A stretch of 64,000 nt of DNA from Paramoeba atlantica (lineage: Eukaryota; Protista; Discosea). The notes below the pieces were generated by a model. It made no database searches. It saw only the letters and a program-made list of their open reading frames with translations, and was not told where the DNA came from. Below, in pieces: positions 21,299-31,103 of this stretch. Position numbers and translations under genes: made by a program. Position 1 is the stretch's first letter, and each line of letters starts with the position of its first letter. The DNA lies in the NCBI GenBank assembly GCA_977017575.1, contig CDRNVI010000043.1, positions 496,001 to 560,000 on the forward strand, read 5' to 3'.

Positions 21299-21979
21299 CT
21301 AAGCGGCGTTGGCATGATATTGCATCAATTGTGATACTCGGTTTTTGTGATCTGCAAGTCCCGGTGAAGATTCGTACACGGCTGTAGCTGCGACGGGATT
21401 CGCCTTCAGTCCTGTGGACTCTCCGAGGAATCCTACATGCCACAATAAGTTAACATCATCTTCGTTTACACTAGGAAAAAATAACGTAATACTGCGAACA
21501 GCATTAAATTTCCCAGCTTTCAGTGTATAGGTGACAGCGGGATCATCCCCACTTGACGAAGCCAATGTAATTTCCTGCACAGGTGCTATCTCAGCACAAG
21601 ACGTTATGCAAAGATCGCTTCTATTTGTGTAAATGCGAACGTTTTGTGGACCACGACTAGGGCTCGCTCCCGCAACCTGCAGACAAATGGCTCGAACGCG
21701 GACTACGGAGGTAAAAGGAACGTGCAAAAGAACGTCGCCATCTGTGTCGGATTGAAGTGGTACTTCCCCGTGTCGTATGGTTTTGCACGCATCGCTGTGC
21801 GGCTTCAGGGCTGTTGTGCGCCGAATATCAGGAGTGGCATTCTGAGTTTCCACACCAGAAACGTTAATGAAGGGAAACAAGCATGTTCCGGTCATGCTCA
21901 GTGTGTCTGCGTGGTCTGCTTTACCTTCATCCTCATGACTGTGTGAACATCCACAACAGCTATGGTTAGGATGTGTCAT
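21299..21979 (-). CDS. PITH domain protein (PITHD1-like)
   Basis: His/Cys-rich N-terminus; LQSDTDGDVLLHVPFTSVVRVRAI, KFNAVRSITLFF and VYESSPGLADHK. Confidence 0.88.
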   Translation of the reverse strand: MTHPNHSCCGCSHSHEDEGKADHADTLSMTGTCLFPFINVSGVETQNATPDIRRTTALKPHSDACKTIRHGEVPLQSDTDGDVLLHVPFTSVVRVRAICLQVAGASPSRGPQNVRIYTNRSDLCITSCAEIAPVQEITLASSSGDDPAVTYTLKAGKFNAVRSITLFFPSVNEDDVNLLWHVGFLGESTGLKANPVAATAVYESSPGLADHKNRVSQLMQYHANAA

Positions 21980-22219
21980 ATACAAAGTTTGATGTACGTA
22001 CAATGAAACTGAGATCTAAACAAGGTATTGAATTGTCATTCTGTACTTGGACTTTTAAATTTTGCATTTAAAACAACGAAATAAACACCGTACGGCCATG
22101 TTATTTTTTTAGGTTTGCTTTAGATTTATCGTACTGGTTGAGTATTTAGGGTAATAAAAAATACCTCACAAGTAGCTTCAACTCTTCACTTAATTCTCTT
22201 GCAACGGATTTTTCCATCT

Positions 22220-22591
22220 TTAATCTTCTTCTGTATCCTGGATGTTGTAATAGCGTAGCTCATATCGGTCCTTGCTGATAGAAACGACTCGTAGCCAGTC
22301 ACGAAGCAGCTTTTTCTTCAGGAAGCGCTTTGTCAGGTACTTGAAGTATCGCTTTGAAAAGCCTATGTAGGATGTTACGACTAGTTTTTTGTCCTGAACC
22401 GCAATTTTGACTTTCTCACCGAGTTCCCGCGTTTTTCCGTTCACTTTGATATGTTCTTGGAAGTACTTCTCCATTCCTGCGAAATGCTCCTGTTCAAAAA
22501 TCCCATCCGTTGCTGGCTTCGTGCAGTCGATGTAATAGGACTTTTTGCTGTTCAATACGGGATTCTCCTTCTTGTTTAGCTTTCGTACCAT
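22220..22591 (-). CDS. RPL22: 60S ribosomal protein eL22
   Basis: YYIDCTKPATDGIF, IKVNGKT, FSKRYFKYLTKRFLKKKLLRDWLRVVS and YELRYYNI. Confidence 0.96.
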   Translation of the reverse strand: MVRKLNKKENPVLNSKKSYYIDCTKPATDGIFEQEHFAGMEKYFQEHIKVNGKTRELGEKVKIAVQDKKLVVTSYIGFSKRYFKYLTKRFLKKKLLRDWLRVVSISKDRYELRYYNIQDTEED

Positions 22592-22829
22592 ATTAGAACA
22601 AATAAAAGAGCTTAAAAAAATATTGAAGCGGCAATATTTTTGAATTTGAATCTGAAAAATAGTACAAAGTTACATTTCGAAGCTACCTTCGAACAAACAA
22701 GATGTTTTTTGATAAGCATCTACATGTACGTCTAGTTAAAGTAGGAACAGAAAAATACACCCTTTGACTATTTCATCGGGGAATGTACATGTACTTCGTT
22801 ATACAGGTTGGACCTTTACAACCAACTCT

Positions 22830-24563
22830 TCAGCGAAAATGTGCGGCCCATGGCTCATTCCTTTTCTCGAATTTCCCATGTGATGGTGCCGGAGGTTGGG
22901 CGCGAAGAGCCTCCTCCTCAGGACTGCTGTCTTCCGCTTTATACTTGTCATTAAACCGATCGAATTGTGACTTGATGTTCTCCTTCATGACCTGGCGAGC
23001 ACCGTATTCAATGCGCAGCTCCTTATACAGCCTATGGATATCAACTCCTTCCTTGGCTAAAGCCTCCTTATCCAGCGACTGAAAGTGAGATTCACACTCG
23101 GCGCTTAAATTAGGAATCTCATCTTCACGAACACGTCGGTCTTGTTTCATAGCTCGCTTGGCATGGACTTGGTGTTGTGCTTGATCACTTCGGACGCTGT
23201 GTTCGTATCCTAGATCCATACGTGAGGTGCCTCGCACGGACGATGTTGTCACGCCCCTACCAGACGCCGCAACATCATCCTTCGCTTCAGTGGCACCCTT
23301 CTTATCGTTTGTTGATTGGCGTATTTTTCGATTCTCGCGCTCTACTTGTTCCGCCTCGCTGAGGTATTCGGAATGAATTTCGTTGGCTCTGCGAATCCCA
23401 TCTTCTTGTTTGGCCATACAATACTCATTCATCATAAAATCTTCATCCGAACCAAACGCTTTCTGCAAATCCGGCCGATTTAAGAAATCCACTGGGGTAC
23501 CGTGTTCGTCCTTACAAGTGCCACTGACTACCCGGCCGTTCTCCCAGAACCCCTCAAACACGAGTCGAGGCGAGACCTGAAGCTGCTCACTGCGTCCCAC
23601 GCCCTGCGGTAGGCCCTGAGGGCTGAGCTGGCCTTCATAGGTGTACTCCGCCGTCCGCAGCTCCCCTTGCGGCAACACCCCATGTAGAAACGACCCACTG
23701 TACACATATCCGTTCTCCAGTCGCATCCTCCCATTCCCATGCAACTTTCCTTGGAAAAAACTCCCCTCCAGGTAGGCACCCCCAGGGAGTTCCATGCGAC
23801 CTTTTCCGTGCGGAGCGTTCTGCTGGAACTCCCCCGTATACCTCACCCCTCCATGAGTACACAGCGTGCCATTCGCGAAGCTCTCATCCACCAGCGTACC
23901 CTTAAACTCCACGGAGCCGGCACCCTCCTGCACGACCACCTTACCCTCCACGAGGTCATCGGAGGCAAAGTGTCCTTCATAGTAGGTCCCATCGGAGAGC
24001 CAAGCCCTGCCGGTTCCACTGCGTAGCCAATCGATGTCGTACTCGCCCTGGTAGACGTCTCCGTGTTCGTAGAGTAAAGTACCAGGTGCAGGGACCTCGT
24101 GGTTGTTGTTGTCGTCTTTATCATTTTTCTTGTTCTTCTTGTCTTTGTCGTCGCCTTTATTTTCTTTACTCGTGCTGTTGATTTCGTTGCGCTCGCTGTT
24201 ATCCTCGTTTTTGTTGTTGCTTTGATTTTTGCTGCCGCTGTTGTCGTCCTTGTTGTGTTTTTTATTTGTATTGTTTTCCGTTTTGTTGATATGGAGCTGA
24301 ATAAATCGACCAACATAAATCCGATCATTGGGTCGTTCCTTGGTTTCGGAATCAGGGAAGGGGTGAGGGGAGGGTGGGGGGCGTGTCGCATACGTACGGC
24401 TTAGGGAGAAGAGGAAGAGAGGCATATGGGTATTGCGGGTAGGGGAAATACGGGTATTCCGTGAGGAGAATAGGAGCGTTGGACGGGGTGTGGGTGTGTG
24501 GTGTAAAGAACAGGAAAGGGTGCGATAGAAGTGTGTCATTTGTTGACGTACTCTGACAGTCAT
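22830..24563 (-). CDS. MORN-repeat protein with presequence-like N-terminus and N/K/D-rich linker
   Basis: Repeated YxGxF/WxxGxxxGxG units (YQGEYDIDWLRSGTG, YTGEFQQNAPHGKG, YSGSFLHG). Confidence 0.8.
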   Translation of the reverse strand: MTVRVRQQMTHFYRTLSCSLHHTPTPRPTLLFSSRNTRISPTRNTHMPLFLFSLSRTYATRPPPSPHPFPDSETKERPNDRIYVGRFIQLHINKTENNTNKKHNKDDNSGSKNQSNNKNEDNSERNEINSTSKENKGDDKDKKNKKNDKDDNNNHEVPAPGTLLYEHGDVYQGEYDIDWLRSGTGRAWLSDGTYYEGHFASDDLVEGKVVVQEGAGSVEFKGTLVDESFANGTLCTHGGVRYTGEFQQNAPHGKGRMELPGGAYLEGSFFQGKLHGNGRMRLENGYVYSGSFLHGVLPQGELRTAEYTYEGQLSPQGLPQGVGRSEQLQVSPRLVFEGFWENGRVVSGTCKDEHGTPVDFLNRPDLQKAFGSDEDFMMNEYCMAKQEDGIRRANEIHSEYLSEAEQVERENRKIRQSTNDKKGATEAKDDVAASGRGVTTSSVRGTSRMDLGYEHSVRSDQAQHQVHAKRAMKQDRRVREDEIPNLSAECESHFQSLDKEALAKEGVDIHRLYKELRIEYGARQVMKENIKSQFDRFNDKYKAEDSSPEEEALRAQPPAPSHGKFEKRNEPWAAHFR

Positions 24564-25003
24564 TATGGTAGTGTGGTGAGGAATAACGGCGAGTTCGGTC
24601 AGGTTGATTGTTTTCTGTGCGAAAAAGGGTCAAAAGACATCGGGCCTCTCTTTCGCAGGTGCTCTAGCATACCTACCGTGGTTGTTGCATTGAAATAAAA
24701 GTAATAAGCAACGATAAAAAGAACGAAAAAATGTGGGAATTCTCGAGGGAGGTCTATTCCGAAGGAGCAGAAGATCTGTTAATAATTGGCATAGAGTACG
24801 ATTAAGAAGGTACGGACCCACAACATGTGTGTATTACCGTGCTGGTTACTGTTCTCACATTTATCGTAGAAATTGTTTTATCATTCACCATGTTTGTGCC
24901 TTGCACACTTCTACTCTTCACACCTTTTTTTCTATTTCTATGCCTTGTAGTTTACACCCCGCACTTCTACTGTTATCTAGGGGAGAATCCCACTGTTCTA
25001 AAT

Positions 25004-26782
25004 CTACTCTACATTGCTCTCTACACTCTCCATCCAGATTCTCGCATGAAACGTTCTATACAAGTTCCGTACGAGCTCCCGAAAATCCAACCGGGTCGCG
25101 GATCGATAAAAAATCGTCAGCTTCTTTAAGTCAAACTGAAACTCCGCATCCACAATCTCCATCCCCAACCCCATCTCCTTCGCCACATGGGTAGCCACCG
25201 CCACCGCCTCCCTCTCCCTCTCCTGCTGCGGCCCCAACACCTGCCGCACCTCCTCCGCGGTGGCCTCCCGCTGCACCCGCCCGGACCCCAGCCCCACCCA
25301 CTGCCCGATCGAGGCCCCGGGCACCGCGGTGGCCACCACAGCGCTCTCTGTGGTCTGCCAGGTCACAATCACCACCCCGACATCCACCCCGCGGTCCCCG
25401 GCCACCACCACGTACCGCCCCGGGGGGAACCACCCCGTCGCGGTGTACTGCAGCACCCTGGCCCGTTTGAACTCCACCAGCACGTGGCACCCGCTGTGTG
25501 TTGCCACGCCGCACTCCCCGGTGTCGTGCTCGGGGGGGTTTTCGTTGGATGGATTTTCATGAAGCGACGCCCCGGAGTGTACGATCCGTGGCCGGTGGTT
25601 GGCGTACTCCAGTCGCAGGTGGGGGAGGAACCGGTAGCGGGGGGTAGTCACGGGGATGGGTACAGACGGGATCTCTTGAGCCGGTGGAGAGGCAGAAGAT
25701 AGTGAAGAAGCAGGTGCAGAATCGCTTAACGGTGCAATCGCGGTTTCTGACCTCACCGCGGTGCTTCTTACCTCCCCGGAGGTACGATCCGTTTTTTGCT
25801 CTCTGTTTTTTCCACCTGGTGGTTCAACCCTTGTTTGGTAACGATTCAAGTCTCCACTCGCCTCTCGATCAAGGTCGATTCTTGCGGTCTCGGGACCGAG
25901 GCCTGCTTGGAGGTTTGAGTCCTCACTGGCGGCCGTGTGAAGAAGCGAAAAAGGACTCGGGGTCGTGTCTTGTTGTTTCGGGCTCTCTGCGCTCATTGGG
26001 GCAAAAATGGTCTCCAGCGCCGTAGTGTCCAGCGCGGGGAGTAGCGTCCGGGCGCGTCGTTTGCCCACACACGGGGGCGAGGCCGTGGGGATCTCCTCCA
26101 CGGGGTTCCGTTCCGGCGTCAGGGGGACAGCGGGGGTTGGCGGCCCCACAACGCTGCGGTTCTCGGTGGAGATTTGATCCGAGATGCGGGAATTCAGGTC
26201 GCGCCAGGACTCGTCGTCGGCTTGTCGGAATGTGGATTGGGTGGCCGCCTCGAGGGGGTGGGGGGCACGACGGGGGGGTGGGGTTCGTGCAGCGGGGTGA
26301 GAGGGGGCGGGGAGTGCCCCGTGGGGGGGAAACTGTGGGGGACGCATCATGAGGGGTGGGGTGCGAGCGTAGGGGTGGTCGGTGGGGATGGTGGTGCCGA
26401 GTGCGGCCCTGGGGCGACTCATTACGGGGGTCTGGGCTCGCGAGAGATGTGCTGGAGGAGGAGGAAGAGGGGGGTGCGGTCGTACCCCGGAGGGGGGCCC
26501 TGTGGCACGGATGGGAGTGTGATGTAGGGTGTGGGAAGATGGAACGTTAGTGTTGACATGCAATTGGGTAAAAACAGAACTAAGACTCTCGTGCAATCGT
26601 TGGAGCTCGGCGCGCATTCGTAGACTCCATTCATCGATTTCATTTCGAGCAGCGGCGATTTGATGTGTCAACTCATCCCGTACGTGTTGCGAGTCCATTA
26701 CGTCATTCGGCAAATTTCCCATATAAAATAATCCGTTCTGAAATATACGGTATATGCCACGTTTAAGTCTAAGATCCAGCAA
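25004..26782 (-). CDS. PSP1 C-terminal domain protein (kinetoplastid cycling-sequence-binding-protein-like family)
   Basis: VLVEFKRAR, VVVAGDRGVDVG, EIVDAEFQFDLKKLTIFY and RLDFRELVRNLYRTFHARIWM. Confidence 0.88.
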   Translation of the reverse strand: MLDLRLKRGIYRIFQNGLFYMGNLPNDVMDSQHVRDELTHQIAAARNEIDEWSLRMRAELQRLHESLSSVFTQLHVNTNVPSSHTLHHTPIRATGPPSGVRPHPPLPPPPAHLSRAQTPVMSRPRAALGTTIPTDHPYARTPPLMMRPPQFPPHGALPAPSHPAARTPPPRRAPHPLEAATQSTFRQADDESWRDLNSRISDQISTENRSVVGPPTPAVPLTPERNPVEEIPTASPPCVGKRRARTLLPALDTTALETIFAPMSAESPKQQDTTPSPFSLLHTAASEDSNLQAGLGPETARIDLDREASGDLNRYQTRVEPPGGKNREQKTDRTSGEVRSTAVRSETAIAPLSDSAPASSLSSASPPAQEIPSVPIPVTTPRYRFLPHLRLEYANHRPRIVHSGASLHENPSNENPPEHDTGECGVATHSGCHVLVEFKRARVLQYTATGWFPPGRYVVVAGDRGVDVGVVIVTWQTTESAVVATAVPGASIGQWVGLGSGRVQREATAEEVRQVLGPQQEREREAVAVATHVAKEMGLGMEIVDAEFQFDLKKLTIFYRSATRLDFRELVRNLYRTFHARIWMESVESNVE

Positions 26783-27067
26783 TTAAGCAACATGCTGAAT
26801 AAGGACCGTATGATTCCTTAAATTTCTTGAATAGGCACATGATATACTGATGATATACTGATGATAGATGTACAAGATATGCTGTATATCAATAACAAAG
26901 ATATACTGTACTAATAGTTTATGTTTTCGTATCAGCAGTACAGATGTAAAATTGTATTCGCTGTAATGCGTCCTCGATTGTGATAGAAACTTACCGGCAA
27001 GTAAACGTCAAGCACGGCCATAAGGTGTATGATTTGCCAAGGTATTGCTGGTGTGCGTAAGCTAATC

Positions 27068-29059
27068 TTATTTCCCCACCATAGTAGACCACTGTGGTAG
27101 ATCAAGATCGTCTTCGGGCTCCTCTAACAAGGCTCGGAGCGACACCGGGTTGATACCGCTGCTCACTCCGCGGGAGAGAACATTGAGCGTGGCCTCCGAT
27201 GGAGTTGACGCTGTTGGTACGGGAATGGTTTTTCTCCGACGCGAAGATGACCTCTGAAGTGACTGGGAGCCAACGCTACCTTCTGATCCTGTGGAAGTAA
27301 ATAACGTGGCACATATACCGCGCCGTGCTTCTCGTTCTGTCCGTCTCTGGTAAAACATTTCGTATTCCTGCTCGTGTATATTTTTCTTGCGCATGTATAT
27401 ATTTTCGTCATATTCAATCTCTGGATACACCTGAGCTTTGGAAACCGTAGAACACGTCGTCGCGTCTGTGAATGTGCTCACGTCGTGATCTGAAGTATAC
27501 ACTGTCTCATCACATTCTGAATCCGGGAGAGAAACAAGATCCCAATCAATTTCTACATCTGATTCATTGCCAATTTCTGCCTCATCTGGCATCATCAGCA
27601 AAACTTCCGTCGCAGATGTGCTATTCTCTCTAGCTTCTTGAGAAGATATGCATTCAGATTGAGATATTTCTTCACTGTTCTTAAGTTTTTCAGAAGCGTA
27701 CTGAACGTCTTCTTCAGTCAACGACACTTCCGTACCATGAGCATCAACAGAGGCGAATACGTTTACTTCATTTTTTAATACTAAAAGACCTTCCTCGTTT
27801 AATTCGGGCTTCTTCAAGGGCTGATAACACGGAAGCTGGTATACTACTGATGTTGCACGTCTGTCAACTTCTGTAATCGAGGAATTAGTTTCTGCATCCT
27901 CTAGACCCGTTCGCAAGACTGCGGGAATCTCTTCTTGAAATGATTTTGTGAGTGTGTCACTCTGAACTCTCGTCATACGAACAAGTTTGTCAAATGAATG
28001 TGTGACTTCTTCCCTCAAATCCCAGTAGTTATCCCACAAGACGTTCGTCAAAGGTGATTTCATTGAAGCACGTCCTATTAAGGTTTCGCGTAAATCAGCA
28101 CGCAAACGTTGCAGCCGTTTTTCACCGGATTCTATTTTCTCTCTAAGATGGCGTACTTGGTCCAAATTTTTTAGTTTTGGAGGAAGGCTGAAAGCATTTT
28201 CTTGATTCGATGCATCTTTTCCATTCGCTATTGCGGTCGGCGTCTTCGCAAACTCGCGCAGCCGTTCCAACAAAGTATTCTCTGACATAAGTATCAGTTT
28301 GCCAAGACGTTCGATTGAACACGTATACCCAGAGCTTCTGCAGGCAATAAGTAGTGCGGTGGCAACAATTCCCTGCGGTCTTCGGCCGTAATCAATCCAT
28401 TCTTTGCGCATAGTAAGAAGCACACTATGCGCTTTTTCTATCACGTGGATGCGTTGAGAATCTTCCAAGTCCAAGTGCTGTGCTAAACGTTCTAAATACA
28501 AACTTGGATCAGTCGGAGGAATATTTAGGTCAAGTAGACCGCAAAGACGACAGTAAATTCGATTAAACTTTCCCAATTCAACCCCCGATCCTTCCACGAA
28601 TTGGTACATCACATGATTAGTATTCTGCAGCCGACATGCAATATATAAACATACAGATAGAGTAGTGGATCTCTTCACCTGGTTGTGAATTCCTCGCGAG
28701 AGCATCATTCCGTACAGACGCATGGCGACTTGTTGTACTTCCGGGGACGTTTGATATTGGTGACACATGCTTTGAAGTTCGCGTCTTGCAATTAAAATAC
28801 TTGATCGTCTGTTCTCTTCGGAAATGCTGTGATCGTATCCCGTTTCATATACTCTTTGTCTGGGCTGAAATCTACTAAATGATTTTTGGTGCATCTTGGC
28901 AGGATGTCCCTCCTCCCAGTTCACCCGCTCTGTGCGTAAAATATTATCCCCCACAACTTGTCCACAAGCCCCACAGATTGTATGTCCACGTTGAGTATCC
29001 TCTTGCTGATCAGCAGGCAAATGTGGGCAATCACGCGCTCCTTCACCCGAATGGTCCAT
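27068..29059 (-). CDS. BRF1: TFIIIB subunit BRF1
   Basis: Zn ribbon CPH...TICGACG, two cyclin folds (SVCLYIACR; GRRPQGIVATALLIAC), TLLERLREFAKTP and an acidic C-terminal region. Confidence 0.88.
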   Translation of the reverse strand: MDHSGEGARDCPHLPADQQEDTQRGHTICGACGQVVGDNILRTERVNWEEGHPAKMHQKSFSRFQPRQRVYETGYDHSISEENRRSSILIARRELQSMCHQYQTSPEVQQVAMRLYGMMLSRGIHNQVKRSTTLSVCLYIACRLQNTNHVMYQFVEGSGVELGKFNRIYCRLCGLLDLNIPPTDPSLYLERLAQHLDLEDSQRIHVIEKAHSVLLTMRKEWIDYGRRPQGIVATALLIACRSSGYTCSIERLGKLILMSENTLLERLREFAKTPTAIANGKDASNQENAFSLPPKLKNLDQVRHLREKIESGEKRLQRLRADLRETLIGRASMKSPLTNVLWDNYWDLREEVTHSFDKLVRMTRVQSDTLTKSFQEEIPAVLRTGLEDAETNSSITEVDRRATSVVYQLPCYQPLKKPELNEEGLLVLKNEVNVFASVDAHGTEVSLTEEDVQYASEKLKNSEEISQSECISSQEARENSTSATEVLLMMPDEAEIGNESDVEIDWDLVSLPDSECDETVYTSDHDVSTFTDATTCSTVSKAQVYPEIEYDENIYMRKKNIHEQEYEMFYQRRTEREARRGICATLFTSTGSEGSVGSQSLQRSSSRRRKTIPVPTASTPSEATLNVLSRGVSSGINPVSLRALLEEPEDDLDLPQWSTMVGK

Positions 29060-29269
29060 AAATGCAAGTTGTAACTATGCGTAATTGTTCTAAAAAGAAC
29101 TCCAAGTTTTGATGCAAGCACTTCAATATGTAACCTGTAAAATAATGGATATTACAAAATGTCGATTTTTGAAATTTTTCCGACACCCCACTGATATTTG
29201 CACCTTCGAATCAAAGAATCCGAGGACGAGGGCATAAAACGTCTGGGATGTATATGATATCGGTACAAT

Positions 29270-30556
29270 TCATGAGTACTCTGTCTTTAATTCCGATATC
29301 CTCTCACGAAACTGGCCAAAATGCTTGAGCTCTAGTTCTAACCTTCTCGTAAGAAGCAACGTTTGATGTCCCTTGACCAGCAAAGTTCGTAATCTATGCA
29401 TAGCCTCACATATTGAAATCGAACATACGGTAATTCTGCCCTCAAGTTTCCGGGCTAAAAGTTTATCAATTTCTTTTTGTACGTGGCTATACTGACGGTG
29501 CGGAGCAGGAAACAGAAACTCTTGAGAAAGGCTAAATGTTCCTCGTCGCCTAGAAGAAAGTGTCGGCAAAATAACTTTTACACTAGAATTCAGAGATGTG
29601 CTATGCTCAGCTATATCATCGAATGATTTAGACAGACTTTCTACCCGATCCATATGCTCTCTAAACTTCGTGCGTAGATCATTCAATGCCGTCTTGAGAG
29701 GATGTTCGTGAAACGGGCTATGTGCTACTAGGCTCTGTGGCACAGTATTCTTCTCCTTCTGAACAGTTTTCCATTCACGAACACGCTTTTCCCAAATAGC
29801 ATTTTCCTGGTCCATTCGAGAGGTATTTGCATATTTCTGAATTTGGAACTCACTAGTACCTGAGTACTTGTCGACTTCTTCTTCTCTTTGATTAGCGTCG
29901 TGCTCATGTGATTCATACTTCTCCAGCGGATGAAATAAGCTGTTCTTACATGTATGTGAGCCAAGAAGAGAGCGCACCAAAGTGCATGAAAACAATGCCA
30001 AACTATCGGCGGACTCACATTTCCCCAACCAACTGTGTTCGCGCTCTTCGATTCCATGATATTCTCTTCGGAGCCAATGAATTCTGTCGTATATGATCTC
30101 CCATCTCATATTAAGAGCACTTATGGCATCCAGAATAAATGCTACATCTCGTTTTCCAGTGTCATCTACACTGTTTGACATGATGTTTTGGTTCTCGCTA
30201 CGTTGTTGCAGCAATAGGTTTTGTCTGTGTAAGCGTCTATCATGGCAAGAATCACAATTTAGATTTTTACCAGCGTTTGTTACAGGGGTCCAGTGAGATG
30301 CGTAATGATTGTCAAACAAATGCAGTACGAGGGCCCACTTAGAGGCAAGAGTATTATCAAACTGTGGTCCTGTATTAGCTCCTCGAGAGTGTTGAATCCT
30401 CTCATCTGACATGGTATGCTTGATCTCTTCCCTCAACTTGTTTAAGGCTGCGACGTCGCATCCTGATTGCATCTCCTGGTCTTTCAAGAGCCTCAAAACC
30501 TCGCGCTGAGCAGCGCTATGTCTTTGCGTATGATCTGTTTTTCGGGAGCGTTTCAT
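29270..30556 (-). CDS. Hypothetical coiled-coil protein
   Basis: 428-aa ORF on the polycistron strand with heptad-like helices. No motif recognised. Confidence 0.6.
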   Translation of the reverse strand: MKRSRKTDHTQRHSAAQREVLRLLKDQEMQSGCDVAALNKLREEIKHTMSDERIQHSRGANTGPQFDNTLASKWALVLHLFDNHYASHWTPVTNAGKNLNCDSCHDRRLHRQNLLLQQRSENQNIMSNSVDDTGKRDVAFILDAISALNMRWEIIYDRIHWLRREYHGIEEREHSWLGKCESADSLALFSCTLVRSLLGSHTCKNSLFHPLEKYESHEHDANQREEEVDKYSGTSEFQIQKYANTSRMDQENAIWEKRVREWKTVQKEKNTVPQSLVAHSPFHEHPLKTALNDLRTKFREHMDRVESLSKSFDDIAEHSTSLNSSVKVILPTLSSRRRGTFSLSQEFLFPAPHRQYSHVQKEIDKLLARKLEGRITVCSISICEAMHRLRTLLVKGHQTLLLTRRLELELKHFGQFRERISELKTEYS

Positions 30557-30719
30557 TGAAAATAAGTATTCAAACCAGATGAAATGTATAAAAACGCGCT
30601 ATACTTCAGAACTACATGAATGTACACAACTACATACGTTAGAGTAGAAAATAGCTTCGTGAAAATCACATCGTACGTGGAGCTACTTTATTTGCACAAT
30701 GCTAATGGAAAGTGTATTA

Positions 30720-31030
30720 CACCCCCTTTCATTAATAATGATAATTGAAAAAAGATTTTCACCTCGGACTGTGAAAATTACTCAAAATTTATCAAAAAAA
30801 ATTCATTCCATCGTTACTCCTCCATGTCACCTCGAGGTTTTTTCCATCATCTCTTAAATTTTGTCTTGTTTTTTCCCTTCGTAGACAAAGAATCATACTA
30901 CACAGATGTATGTTTGTTTCTGATCACCCCTTATTGCGTTCGTAAATAACGATAATGATAATAATAATCTCAGTTCTGATAATCTCAGAAACATTATTAT
31001 TATCATTATCATTATTTATGAGAGGGGGTG
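30720..31030. mobile_element. 311-bp MITE (Tc1/mariner type), TA TSD
   Basis: TA|CACCCCCTTTCATTAATAATGATAAT ... ATTATCATTATTTATGAGAGGGGGTG|TA. The TIR resembles that of 61138-61500. Confidence 0.8.
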
Positions 31031-31103
31031 TACATCTATAGGTGTAATATGGTGTATTATTTATAGGTATCTACCCTTCCTAATTCAGCATGCAGATACC
31101 ACA

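Noticed and set aside
25131-26643. Multiple overlapping ORFs in the PSP1 region
   Set aside because: By-products of extreme GC content and skew.
26830-26900. Short tandem duplications (also 38040-38110, 40215-40255, 57015-57070, 57694-57733)
   Set aside because: Ordinary slippage duplications with no additional structure.
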